Shown: positions 41,901-54,000 of the stretch, piece after piece | Layout of the letters: every line of letters starts with the position of its first letter | How positions within the stretch are numbered: position 1 is the first letter of the stretch | From: Macrostomum lignano | Lineage: Eukaryota | Direction of reading: 5' to 3' | Assembly (NCBI GenBank): GCA_002269645.1 | Contig: NIVC01001777.1 | Coordinates: 29,429 to 93,428 of the forward strand | Length of the DNA: 64,000 nucleotides | The notes under the pieces: generated by a model | Databases searched by the model: none | What the model was told of the DNA's origin: nothing | Seen by the model: the letters and a program-made list of their open reading frames with translations, nothing else | Made by a program: the position numbers and the translations under genes

Positions 41901-43742
41901 GTGTTCTGGAGTGACAGTGCAAATGTGCTCTGGTGGCTTCGAGGTCGCAGTAGAATTTTCAAGCCGTTCGTAGCAAATCGTGTTGCGTTCATTCAGGAGG
42001 CGGTGAAGACTTGTCAGTGGCGTCACGTGCCGACCGATCTGAACCCCGCTGATGCCGTATCGCGAGGCTGTAGCGCCAACGACCTTTGCCAATCAGCGGT
42101 CTGGAGCGCGGGACCAGAGTTTCTGCTGCTAGATGAGGATGGCTGGCCGGCAAGGCTAGTTCCGACATCGGTTGACGGAGATCAAGAAGTTCGGCGAGAG
42201 GCGAGCAAGAGTAGTAAATCGGCGGCCGTAACTCTGTTGTCGAACGACACTACAGACAACGATTGGCGTTTGAATCCAGAGCGATTTTCGAGCTACCGCA
42301 GGCTGCGTAGCGTGACAGCATGGGTTCAGCGCTTCATCAGTAATTGCCGACTTCCACGAGATGAGAGACGACTTGGTGACCTCGAGGTCGAGGAGCTGCA
42401 AGAAGCTGAGGATCGAATCCTACGCGTGGCTCAGGAAGAAGCTTTCAAAGCAGAAGTTCAGCAGGTGCGTAGGGGAAAGCCAGTCTTCTCCAGCAGTCAG
42501 CTTCGCTGTCTCCAACCATTTCTTGATGAAGACGGACTGCTGCGAGTGGACGGAAGACTGAAGTTCGACCAGAATCTGTCATATCAGTCCAAGCATCCGG
42601 TCATTCTGCCGAGGCGAAGTTGGGTCACGAAGTTGTTGGTGAAGCACTATCACGAAGATCAAGGACATGGCGGAACAAACCAGACGCTGGCAGCGATGTC
42701 GACGAAGTTTTGGGTGATCGGTGGGCGCGAAGCCATTCGAGAATGGGAGAAGGAGTGCGCGCGATGCAGAAGGCAAAAAGCAGGACCGGAGGTGCAGCAG
42801 ATGGCGCCGCTGCCAGAGGCCAGGCTGAAGAACTCTCTCCGAGCGTTCAGCTTTGTGGCAGTCGACTTCGGTGGTCCGTTTGAAACGGTACAAGGACGCG
42901 GAAGACGGCGAACGAAGAGGTATTTGGCCCTGTTCACCTGTTTGGAGACGAGAGCCGTGCACCTAGAGATGGCGTATAGCTTGGATTCTGACTCGTTTCT
43001 GAATGCTTTCGCGCGCATGATCAACCGTAGAGGCCGGCCACTCGAAGTTTACTCGGACAACGGCGGCAACTTTGTCAAAGGCGAGCGAGAACTACGAGAA
43101 TTCGAAAACGAGCAGCAGAACAAAATCCAGAGAGCGGCAGCTGAGCGCGGCATCAAGTGGCGCTTCCAGCCTCCGTCGGCGCCCCATTTCGGCGGCGCCC
43201 ACGAAGTTATGGTTCGCGCCGCTAAGCGAGCTGTGCGCGCCATCCTTAGCAACGCTGACATCACCGACGAAGAGCTGCATTCCGCCTTCACAGGTGCGGA
43301 AGCGCTCATCAATTCCAGGCCGCTGACATACCAAACCACAAGCCCAAAGGACGACACGCCGTTGACGCCAAACCATTTCTTGCATGGACAGCTGGGTGGT
43401 GACTTTGCTACGGAAGTCTCGACCGAGGTCAGCCGCGACCCGCGCCGGCGGTGGCGACGTGTCCAAGAGCTGGTGCGGCACTTCTGGCACCGATGGCTGC
43501 GTGAGTGGGTGCCAAGACTCAACGCCAGATCCAAGTGGGTCAAGGAGCAGCCGGATCTCGCCGTCGGCGACATCGTCTTGGCGCTACGAGCGGATGCGCC
43601 TCGAGGACACTGGCCGCTCGGGCGAGTTCTCGAGGTATTTCCTGGACGAGACGGCCATGTGCGCGTGGCCAAGGTGCGGACTGGCGGTGGGACAGTGCTG
43701 CGACCCGTGACGAAGTTGTGTGTGCTGCAGCGAGGTGAATAG
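38941..43742 (+). CDS. BEL/Pao Gag-Pol polyprotein (Gag internally deleted; -1 frameshift at ~39425)
   Basis: Zn knuckles CRVCEGSHGAWEC and CFHCLGVNHSGLAC; protease LLDDAS; RT YLPHFPV..KVRIVFDAS and YMDD; RNase H FVDAS; integrase HH-CC, VDFGGP, SDNG. Confidence 0.93.
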
Positions 43743-44351
43743 TGACTGTTGACTTATTGCTAAACAAAACTTTTCAAATATGTAGTTTTTTGACGGCTAG
43801 TTTATGGTGTTTGGAATTATTTATCTTTTTCGTGTCATTATTTGCCGTTTTTTGCTCCTAATAGCTGATGTGGTGACGGGTTGCTTATTTTTGCGTATTT
43901 TGTGTTTTTTTATTCTGAGTAAAAAAGACCTGTTGCTTGCTTGAATGCGAGTTCTTTTGGCAGTTTTTGTGCTTTGATTTTTTCATATGTTTACAGTAGG
44001 GATTATTTAAGTTTTCAAGACATTTTTTATCCCGTGTTATTTCACTAATTATCGTTTGAGCGTCTTTGAGTTCGTTTGTGTTCGTCTCTTAGCAGATATT
44101 TTTTGTGTTGGCTAGCGATTGCAAAGGTTTATATTTGGCACACTATCTTTTGATCCCAATTGACACTTCACATTGCATGCGTTCTTAATGTTAATTTCTG
44201 ATTTCGCGCGATTTATTTTTTTTTGTTTACAGGAGTTTACTGTTTTTTTCGAATTATGCTCGCAACCGTTTCAATTAATTGCACGTAAGTTTCAAGGAGG
44301 CGATTTTTTTTCTGCTTTTTTGCTGATTGGCCCCAATCAGGAAGGGGGGAA

Positions 44352-44634
44352 TGTTCTGGAGGTTCATTTTTGTCATATTTTTGGGGGTTTACTTATTTAA
44401 TTGTACATGTATTTTCTCTTTATTTAATGTACACGAGCCAACCCCCCTCAATTTGCTAACCCCACCCCACGTTAAATAATAATTAAAAAGGGCGTGATTT
44501 TTGGTCAGCGTGTTTTTTACTAACTTGGTTGTTTTGTTTGCCTGCGCGAGAACGCAGAGGTATTGAAGGCTACAAGCATCCGATTTTTGCCTACTTAGTT
44601 ATTTTTCGGTTTCGAAGAGTTAGTCGATTTAACA
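44352..44634 (+). repeat. 3' LTR of BEL/Pao element 1
   Basis: 283 bp copy of the 5' LTR. Confidence 0.95.
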
Positions 44635-45119
44635 GTACATGTTACATAAAGTATGTTATATCAATGCGACTATAAAAATACATGCAAGATCGTATGTCAC
44701 TTCACGAGTGAGAAGAAGTGAATTCACAAACGAAAATCTTCTTTTTCGCAAGAGCTTTGGTCACGTGACCATACGAGCTACAAGTTATTTATGTACATGT
44801 ATAATTGGCAATTTTGCGTTATTACAAATTAAGAGGCGATTTATTCCAAAAAAGTTGTTTTAATAATATTCATAATATAATAATGTTGGGGATGGGCATA
44901 AATAAAGTTAAAAAGGACGCAGATAAACTTGTGAAACGTCGTGTGATTTCCATTAAAAACTGGTTTCTACTGAAAAATCAAGTAGCTATGGATAGAAAGT
45001 TTTTTCAATATTTGATAAAAGCGGAATGCTTTTGATTCATTTGAAACTGGGAAACCCTTTTAATTTACTGACGCGTAGTTTGCCATGGAAAGCTGCATGG
45101 CAACCAGGAACAGCTCTGT

Positions 45120-47232
45120 CTAGCTGCAGTCAACAGATGACACTCGGACCTCCCCATTCATCATCGAGTTTCCTCCGGCCACGCCGTTGCAGTCGGTGCC
45201 GAAGCAAGCAGAGCCGCCGCCTCCACCGGCGCATTCCGAGATGGCACCGGCGCCGCCGCCGCTGTAGCCGCCGCCGCCGCCGCTGCCACCGAGGAAGCTG
45301 TCAGCTTCAGAATTGGTCATTGTGCCCATGGCGCCGCCGCCGCCTCCACCGAAGCCGCCGTCGCCGGTAGCCATCGTGTCACCGCGGACGCCGCCCAGCC
45401 ACCCGCCGACGCGGCTGAAGCCTCCGGTGCCGTCGGTGGGGTAGACGCCGGTGTTGGAGACCGCGCTGCCGTTCCAGCCGGCGCCGGGGCCGCCCGGGCT
45501 GTGCCGATTGTCCGGGTTGCCATGGTAACGCGACGGGGCCACCCTGCCCGGCTCGCCCCCGTTGCCTCCAAGTCCCTTGTAGTCATTTGATAGGTAATAT
45601 GAAGAGTCGAATCCATAGCCCACAGAATTGCCGTTCACACCTGACAGGTTTTAGGGAATTTTTAAATATTGTTAAGCCAATTGAATAAAGACAATCGCAC
45701 AGAATTAATGTTGACTCATAGAAGTTTCCAGCTCGTTCACACAACCATCAAGTAGGACCAAATTTTGAGTGATCAAATTGTGATGCCTTCGTAGACTTTG
45801 ATGGTTCACTTGATGGCAGTGTGAATTGAACCTTTAAATTTTCGTATAAATTCAGAACCGACGTACCTTTGTACCTCGCAGTACGGGAGTCTGTATTTAT
45901 CGTCACTTCTAGTGTTGATCTTTTGCATGTCACCAGAATAAATTAGGAAGCCACTGCCGCAGATTCAAGGCGACAGTCGACCGGCCCAAACCCGAACCTT
46001 TCCAACGTTGTCAGGCCCGAGAATTTCTGCCAGCTCGTTCGCTGCAGGGCGAGCGACCATCCACCTCCTGGACTCTCCGGGGGGGACCACCGGATCTCCG
46101 GATCTCCCTGCACGACACCGCAGCACCAGCTGCCCGTGGTCGCCAGGGGTTAGCGATGCCTCCCCGCTGTATCCGGATGCCCGGAGCCCCTTGCAGCTGA
46201 GTCAAAAAATACTCTCTCATTGTTAGGGTTGGCCCTTGTGGGTTTTGAATCGCACTGCATCAAACCCAAAGGGCATGCATGAACTACTGCATCACCTGCA
46301 AATCTTACCGATTGCATGGTACGAAGCTCCGCCGCCTCCGCCAGCAGCGATGAGCAGCTGGTTGCCGCTGCTCTTGTACACGAAGCTGCCACCGCCGCCG
46401 CCCGAGCCGGCGAACGTTGCAGCCGACTGTTGGCCCGCCTGGCCAACAACGATGGCCAGATCGGTTTCGGCAGTCAGGCTGAAGGTGCCAGCGATGGAGG
46501 CGCCTTTGCCGGGATTCTTTGTTGCGCTGTAGTCCCAGCCGCCTCTGGCTCCCAAGACTTCGATGCGGTAGCAGCCGGTTCCCCTGATGCTAAGAGCTTG
46601 GATGGAGCCGTCCTTTCCGGAGCCCGTGGCTGTATTTAAAAGTGTACATTATTATTCGCAGGAGGACTGTACATAGACATCGGCCCCACAACCAGCGCTG
46701 AGGCAGTTGTGTTCATTCCGCTGACTTCTGTCTGAGCATATAAAAAGCGCGCCAATACTGTAAGCAGGCACGAACTCACGCACACGGTCCCTTAATTGGG
46801 AATTTAGTAGTCCCTGATACATGCCAACACTAAAAACTTACCGGTAAAGGTGACTCTCATCTTTCTTTCTTGCAGCAACCTGGAAAAGTCTGGCAGAGTC
46901 CAGATTTTGACTCCATTACCGCTTTGAAACTCCCTGCGCTGGTGCCTCTCGGTCGGCTGCAGCTGACCATTTGATTCGTCATCAACGAAGATAAAATCGC
47001 AGGTAAATTGACTGTCGCTTTTACTCTTAGCAACCACTGCGTCGCATTGTTTCTCCTGGCATTTTACAGCGCAGTGAATGTCGCTGCGAGCATCGGCATC
47101 AATTAGCATCCGTGTGCTGTGAGCTTCCGTGATGTTGATGGAGCTCGCAACCTCGTAATTAATCTGACAGTTGATTGGGATTGCAAAAGCTGCAATGAAC
47201 AGTTTTCGGGCAATACAAACTCGTCGGATAAA
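45120..47232 (-). CDS. Probably secreted protein: PAN/Apple-like domain + ALK/LTK-type glycine-rich (TG) module; exons ~47232-46842, 46629-46309, 45640-45120
   Basis: HCAVKCQEKQCDAVV..FTC (PAN-like); FT-ATGSGKDGSIQ..YRIEVLGARGG..GTFSL..IVVGQAG..GGGGGSFVYK..LIAAGGGGG..GGGGGYSGG..GEVRV resembles the ALK/LTK ectodomain; both introns phase 1, GT-AG. Confidence 0.8.
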
Positions 47233-48301
47233 CTGCTGTTTCAGTGGATGATGTCAGAAAAACATTTAAAAACAAGGCAAAAGAAGCGAGGCAATGTCGG
47301 ATGGGCTTACCAAGAATTGAGCAAAGAACAGTTACTACCGTCTTAGTTGCGAGAGCAGTCATTTTGAATTCTTGCGTTTGAGCAGCTTTCTTTGTTTTAA
47401 TTCCCAAACGTTGCTATCTGTGGAGTAGATTTGAGTCATAAATTTTATTAGCGCATTTTTATACGTTCAGCCACCCCTTAAACCATAAGCAAGTATGCGT
47501 GGGTAGGCCAATTGTCATCTACATGCAAGCGGCAGTTAGCAAATGTGTCTGCCCAGTTTTTTCTGTTGCTAAGAGCAACGAGCGTACATGCATACCTCTG
47601 CAGTTGATTGCAGACATGTACAGACCATATATTCTGCTAAGAGATGAACTACTCTTTTGACCACTGGCTACGCCATGCGCGCCATCAATGAAAACGCCTC
47701 CTTAGTACCCCATTCTCCATTTCTCTTGGGGAAAAAATTGCAAATGTCCATTTATCTAATATGCGCCTATAGCATTAACTTTGCCAAAGACCAGCACCCT
47801 ATTTCATGGTCTACGACTATACAGACTAGAGTATTCTGTTCTCCGGCTTTGCAATCAATGACATGACAATCGTGCCCGTTAATGGCCATAGTCAGCCTAG
47901 TTGATGAAAAGGAACCAAGTTCGGCCATAGACATCAGCACAAGGAAGGATTCCAGCAGCAACCTCTCCAATAGAAATCAGGCTTTAACATCGGCTCATTG
48001 CAAGTAAAGAAAAGCAATTATCAACTTTGCTTGCCATTTTCGTTATATATCTATGTCTATGGTCAAGACTATATCTCAGTTAATTCTCAACTTTGTTGGC
48101 TGAACTATCAAGCTGGCTGACAAAAGCAATACTAAATATAGTTTTTTGCAAATTCCGTGGTTGATCCTGCGAGCACGAATTTATTCCCACCCGATTTACC
48201 GGGCAGAAATGTCACAGACATCTTCAACACTCGATAGTACAGCTTTTGACATGCGAAATGAGAATTTGCTCAAGCTAGTTGAGACTCAGCTATCTGCTGG
48301 A

Positions 48302-50160
48302 TGCAGACACAGACACAGACATAGACACTGACATAGACACAGACACAGACACATACATAGACACTGACATAGACATAGACACAGACACAGACACATACAT
48401 AGACACTGACATAGACATAGACACAGACGTAGACATAGACACAGACACAGACGTAGACATAGACATAGACAGACACAGACACAGACACAGACACAGACAC
48501 AGACACAGACACAGACACAGACACAGACATAGACATAGACACAGACACAGACACAGACGTAGACATAGACATAGACATAGACAGACACAGACACAGACAC
48601 AGACACAGACATAGACATAGACACAGACACAGACACAGACATAGACACAGACACAGACACAGACATAGACACAGACATAGACACAGACACAGACACAGAC
48701 ACAGACGTAGACATAGACATAGACATAGACATAGACAGACACAGACACAGACACAGACACAGACACAGACACAGACACAGACACAGACACAGACACAGAC
48801 ACAGACACAGACATAGACATAGACAGAGACACAGACACAGACGTAGACATAGACATAGACATAGACAGACACAGACACAGACACAGACATAGACATAGAC
48901 ACAGACACAGACACAGACGTAGACATAGACATAGACATAGACAGACACAGACACAGACACAGACACAGACACAGACATAGACATAGACAGACACAGACAC
49001 AGACACAGACACAGACACATACATAGACACTGACATAGACACAGACATAGACATAGACAGACATAGACACAGACATAGACACAGACACAGACACAGACAC
49101 AGACATAGACACAGACACAGACACAGACACAGACACAGACACAGACATAGACATAAACACAGACACAGACACAGACATAGACATAGACATAGACAGACAC
49201 AGACACAGACACATACATAGACACTGACATTGACATAGACACAGACACAGACACAGACGTAGACATAGACATAGACAGACACAGACACAGACACAGACAC
49301 ATACATAGACACTGACATAGACACAGACATAGACATAGACAGACATAGACACAGACATAGACACAGACACAGACACAGACACAAACATAGACACAGACAC
49401 AGACACAGACACAGACATAGACACAGACACAGACACAGACACAGACACAGACACAGACATAGACATAGACACAGACACAGACACAGACGTAGACATAGAC
49501 ATAGACATAGACATAGACAGACACAGACACAGACACAGACACAGACACAGACACAGACATAGACATAGACATAGACAGACACAGACACAGACACAGACAC
49601 AGACACATACATAGACACTGACATAGACACAGACATAGACATAGACAGACATAGACACAGACATAGACACAGACACAGACACAGACACAGACATAGACAC
49701 AGACACAGACACAGACACAGACACAGACATAGACATAAACACAGACACAGACACAGACATAGACATAGACAGACACAGACACAGACACATACATAGACAC
49801 TGACATTGACATAGACATAGACAGACATAGACACAGACACATACATAGACACTGACATAGACACAGACATAGACATAGACATAGACAGACATAGACACAT
49901 ACATAGACACTGACATAGACACAGACACATACATAGACACTGACATAGACATAGACATAGACAGACATAGACACAGACACATACATAGACACTGACATAG
50001 ACACAGACATAAACATAGACAGACATAGACACAGACACATACATAGACACTGACATAGACACAGACATAGACATAGACATAGAGAAAGACTAGAAGTAGA
50101 CATAGACAAACAAAGACGTAGCAATATACATAGACATAGACATGGACATAGGACAGACCT
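48302..50160. repeat. (GACACA/GACATA)n hexanucleotide microsatellite, ~1.85 kb
   Basis: Read directly. Confidence 0.97.
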
Positions 50161-51014
50161 AGACAGTCAGAGGCAGAGACGGTTGCTCCTGTTCAGCCTG
50201 TAAGATCTTTAAGCAAATTTTTGACGTCCCAATTCCGGATCCAAAGCGTAGCTGCTGCATCCAACGCCAGCAGGAACCGGTAATCCCGTCCATTGGTCCA
50301 CTAGTCTGCCTTTGCCAGAGAAGAAATAACTGATCTTTGCGAAGCCAGCCGCTGATACAACAAAATATGGATTTCATGTCGAGCAGAAGCATGCTTATTT
50401 GCGTCGAACAACACAGCTCGCAGAGAAATATTGAAACACCATCCTGAAGACGATGCTTCTCTCAGCTTAACTGTAAATGAATCAGAACCTCTACCATAGA
50501 CTATAAGATTGATTCCATAGAATCCATTGATCCAGCGAACCATTTGCCATTTTGCTAAGTGGCAAAATGCAGATTGCGCCAATAAACTTGTCTCTTGTAT
50601 ACTTTCCTCAAATTTTAATTGGGAAATCCAAACAGTACTACTGGTGTTCCTCGACTTTTAGGATGAAGCAGTTAGTAGTATGCAACCAACGTCGTCAACA
50701 AATAGTTGATAAATTTTGTTCAGTAGCTCCAATAAGATCTGCTGATCTGCTGATCGAAAATTACTGTTAGTGTCAAATTTATCGCAAGGATCACCGTTAT
50801 TTATAAAAAATCAAATAAAAAGTTTGCGTCAAACCGTCAGCTTGGCGTTTGTTTTACTTCCCAATTTAAAAAAATTAAAAGGGTGACATTTTCGACACAC
50901 TTGAAAGTATTGAATGAATAAATTGAATGAAAAATGTTGTCCAAATAACGTATATAATAATGTTTATTGAGTTGAACTGCTTCATTTTTGTTGTAAAAGC
51001 AGATCTTCTTTGCC

Positions 51015-54000
51015 CTATACAAGCGACTGATTGTCGGACGTGTGCGACACGTTGGAAAAGATCGACGTTCGCTGACGAATAGTGGCGTCGTGGTGCTTGA
51101 CCATACGCTCGAACACCTGGTCCATGGACATCTGGTGCAGCGAGAAATAGTAGATATTCAGACTCTTGCGATTCTCCAATAACCAGCTGAGTGCCACGGA
51201 CAACCGGCTGACGCTGCCGACAGGGATGGCTAAGTGCACCCGATCGTGGAACTCTTCAACGACTTTAGTGTCTTTGAACTTCTTGCTGACCGCCTCAATT
51301 AGGGTGGCCATTTTCGCTTCGACACTGTCCTCCGCCTCATCTACGGAGGTGTTGAGCAGAATTTCTAGGCTGTAGCTCCGGCCGTACCTGCGTGTTTGGC
51401 AGCAGATCGGGGCTGTTGTTTCCACGACAGTGAGGTGCATTTTGTGTTTTAGATCTGGTCTTATAGTCTTATATCGTAGGTACGCTCACACAGGGTGTAC
51501 CGGTACAGCGGCTCAGACTTTCTTCATGGGCGCGATTTGCGCAACGATTCCAAGGCGAGCGACTTCTTCTCTTCCCCAGACAACACTAAGTATCATTTAC
51601 TGGTCTTTTTAAAAGCTTATAATAATAATATAATAAGAAATAATAATTGATTACACCTGCCCAAATTGGGCCAGATGTGTAACCGACAGCTCAGCCGCAG
51701 CTATTGCTCGGCGCATCTGAAGGCTGCGTACGGCTGTTCAGTCCAAGGACTGGGGGGTCGCCACACACACCCTCAATTACCCCAGCTAATGCTGGCACCC
51801 ATTTTACAGCTGGGTGAACTGAAGCAATGCAGAGTTAAGTCTTGCTCAAGGACACAAATTGTTCAGAGTGGGTCGACAATCGAACCCCCGACTTTTCAGT
51901 CGTGAGTCCGACACTCTTGAACACTAGGCTACAATCTCCTAGGCTAAAACTGATAGAAGCGAATACTTACAAACTCTTTAGCTGTTGCACGGTGCCCAAA
52001 CCAACCAGCAAGCCTCGATTGATGATAGTAACCCGGTTGCAGATCGCTTCGACCTCTTCCATGCTGTGCGTAGTGACAAGCACCGTGCAGGTGAGGGTCG
52101 CCGCAGCCCGAATCGCCTGCCAAAGAAATCTTTTACCCTCCGGATCGACGCCTGTCGTGGCTTCGTCAATGACTAGCACAGAGGGCTCGCTGAGTAGCGA
52201 GATAGCCAACGACAAGCGTCGACGAATGCCGACAGACAGATGCTCGGCTAAACTCTCTCTGTCGAGATTCAGGTCCAGACTGTCGGCTAGTTCTTCAATG
52301 AGAGAATCCAATTTGCTATCTGGCACGCCGATGATATTGGCGTAGAATTTCAGATGCTCCATCGCCGTGATGCAGCCGTACAAGGGATCGGATTGCGGAC
52401 AGTAGCCGATTGCGCCTCGACTAGTGGCCAGTCCGCTCGGCAGCCATTCGTCCTGCCGGCGCACTTCGCACCGACCTCTGGTTGCATTTAACCGACCAAC
52501 AATGGTACTCAGTGCCGTTGTCTTGCCGGCACCGTTTGGTCCCAAAATGCCAAAGATTTCCGCCGGTCCGGTGGCGAAGCTGATATCGCGAACCACTTTG
52601 GTACCGTTTGGATAAGTCTTGGCCAGGTGGCTCACCTCCAGGAGGTTCATCTCGCTGTTTGGATTCGCGTCGATTCGTTCTGTTTCCTCTTTGACTCCGG
52701 GATCCTCAGTAAGGTTGTCGAATGTCCCGACTGGCAGTTCAGAGGTGCATTTAATCTGTTGGTGGATTAGTAGAAGGCCTACTGAATTAAATAACATAAA
52801 GTGAATCTCTTATGCGAACAAAATGGTTGCATGTCCAATGATAGTTACATATAATTAGAACTGTCTCCTGTGTCTCCACAGGTGAGGCTGTTAAGGTCAG
52901 TTGACATTAGTGAAGAACTCAGAAACATGTCCCTGGCCTATATAGGCCCTGGCCTATCGCGAAATCAAATGTCACTTTTGGAATCTTCCATTTTTATATC
53001 GTTAAATGTGGCTGATTAATGGTTCTAACAGATTAGAAAGAATTTAGACTTGTTATTAGTTGTAATTTATACTTCTGCTATATTTTTGAAAATTCTGTAG
53101 ATTCAACAATAAGCATTACTAAGTGGTTTTCCTCCACACAACCCTTACCTGCAACCGAGCCTCCAACAGTTGAAGTAGAATTATCTTGTTCTCAATGATA
53201 GCCAGCGCTGTTAGCAGCACAGCAAAGTGAAGGATAATTGCTATGAACGCTGCTACCACGTGTGGCTGCGAGAAAAACAAGCTGCCCTTTAGTTCGGTGA
53301 TGTCTGAGATGCTGTCTTTATTGTAGTATGACAGAGAATAGAATATTGTCTTCACGCCGTAGAAAGTCAGGGCTATTGGAGCGAATGGCGGCAGAACAGA
53401 AATGAGTATTATTGATGCCACATTGTTGAGTTGCACGAGTAGCACAATAAATGCCAGTAATATTGAGGTGAATAAATACATTATGGTCACAAGATGATTG
53501 GCCCTGTCTAGAATAGTGCTAAGCACGTAAGTCATGAGCTGATTGCTTGGCAAGCCTAGCAGCAGTATAGGCAAGAATACGCCAGTCATGAAGAATGAAC
53601 TAGAATAGCCAGTTTGCACGATGGATAGCAGCAATAGTGTGCTCAAAGAGTACACAGTGGCGTACTGAACCCAATGAATGATAAAGTTAGTGAGCCAGTA
53701 GCTGAAGTTGCTCATGCCTATTGTAGAAAGCTGATAGCGAACTTGAGTCTCCTTGTCTTCAATGATGTCGTCGAGGAAAGTGGCTGGTATCAGCGACATG
53801 ATCAGTATCTGGAAGAAGGCTCCAAATGCCGGTACAAAGGTGGTGCGAAAGTCGTAGACGCTCTCAGCAGAAAATAAAAACTTTTTATCGTCAGGAGGTT
53901 CATCGGAACGCGCTACTGTTGTAAAGTAAGACGTGGCCCTCATATATGTTCCAATCGTTAAGGACGCCGATTTTGACGAGTTAAAATTTTCATAAATATC

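Larger units (their letters stand above)
38632..44634 (+). mobile_element. BEL/Pao LTR retrotransposon, element 1 (6003 bp)
   Basis: TG...CA LTRs at 38632-38915 and 44352-44634 (3 substitutions + 1 indel); PBS at 38918; PPT AGGAAGGGGGGAA before the 3' LTR; Gag-PR-RT-RH-IN order. Confidence 0.97.

Noticed and set aside
43743-44340. Possible env-like ORF in the 3' region of the Pao elements
   Set aside because: T-rich non-coding sequence in both elements, with only short low-complexity ORFs
45950-46240. GC-rich ORFs inside intron 2 of the ALK-like gene
   Set aside because: No recognisable domain, and the flanking exons join in phase without this segment
48270-50124. Three ~600-aa Cys/Val/Ser-rich ORFs
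   Set aside because: Stop-free frames of a hexanucleotide microsatellite; the same applies to the repeat ORFs at 1795-2410, 8970-9502, 12369-13039, 13554-14198, 22758-23669, 27865-29145, 32176-32594 and 59922-60298
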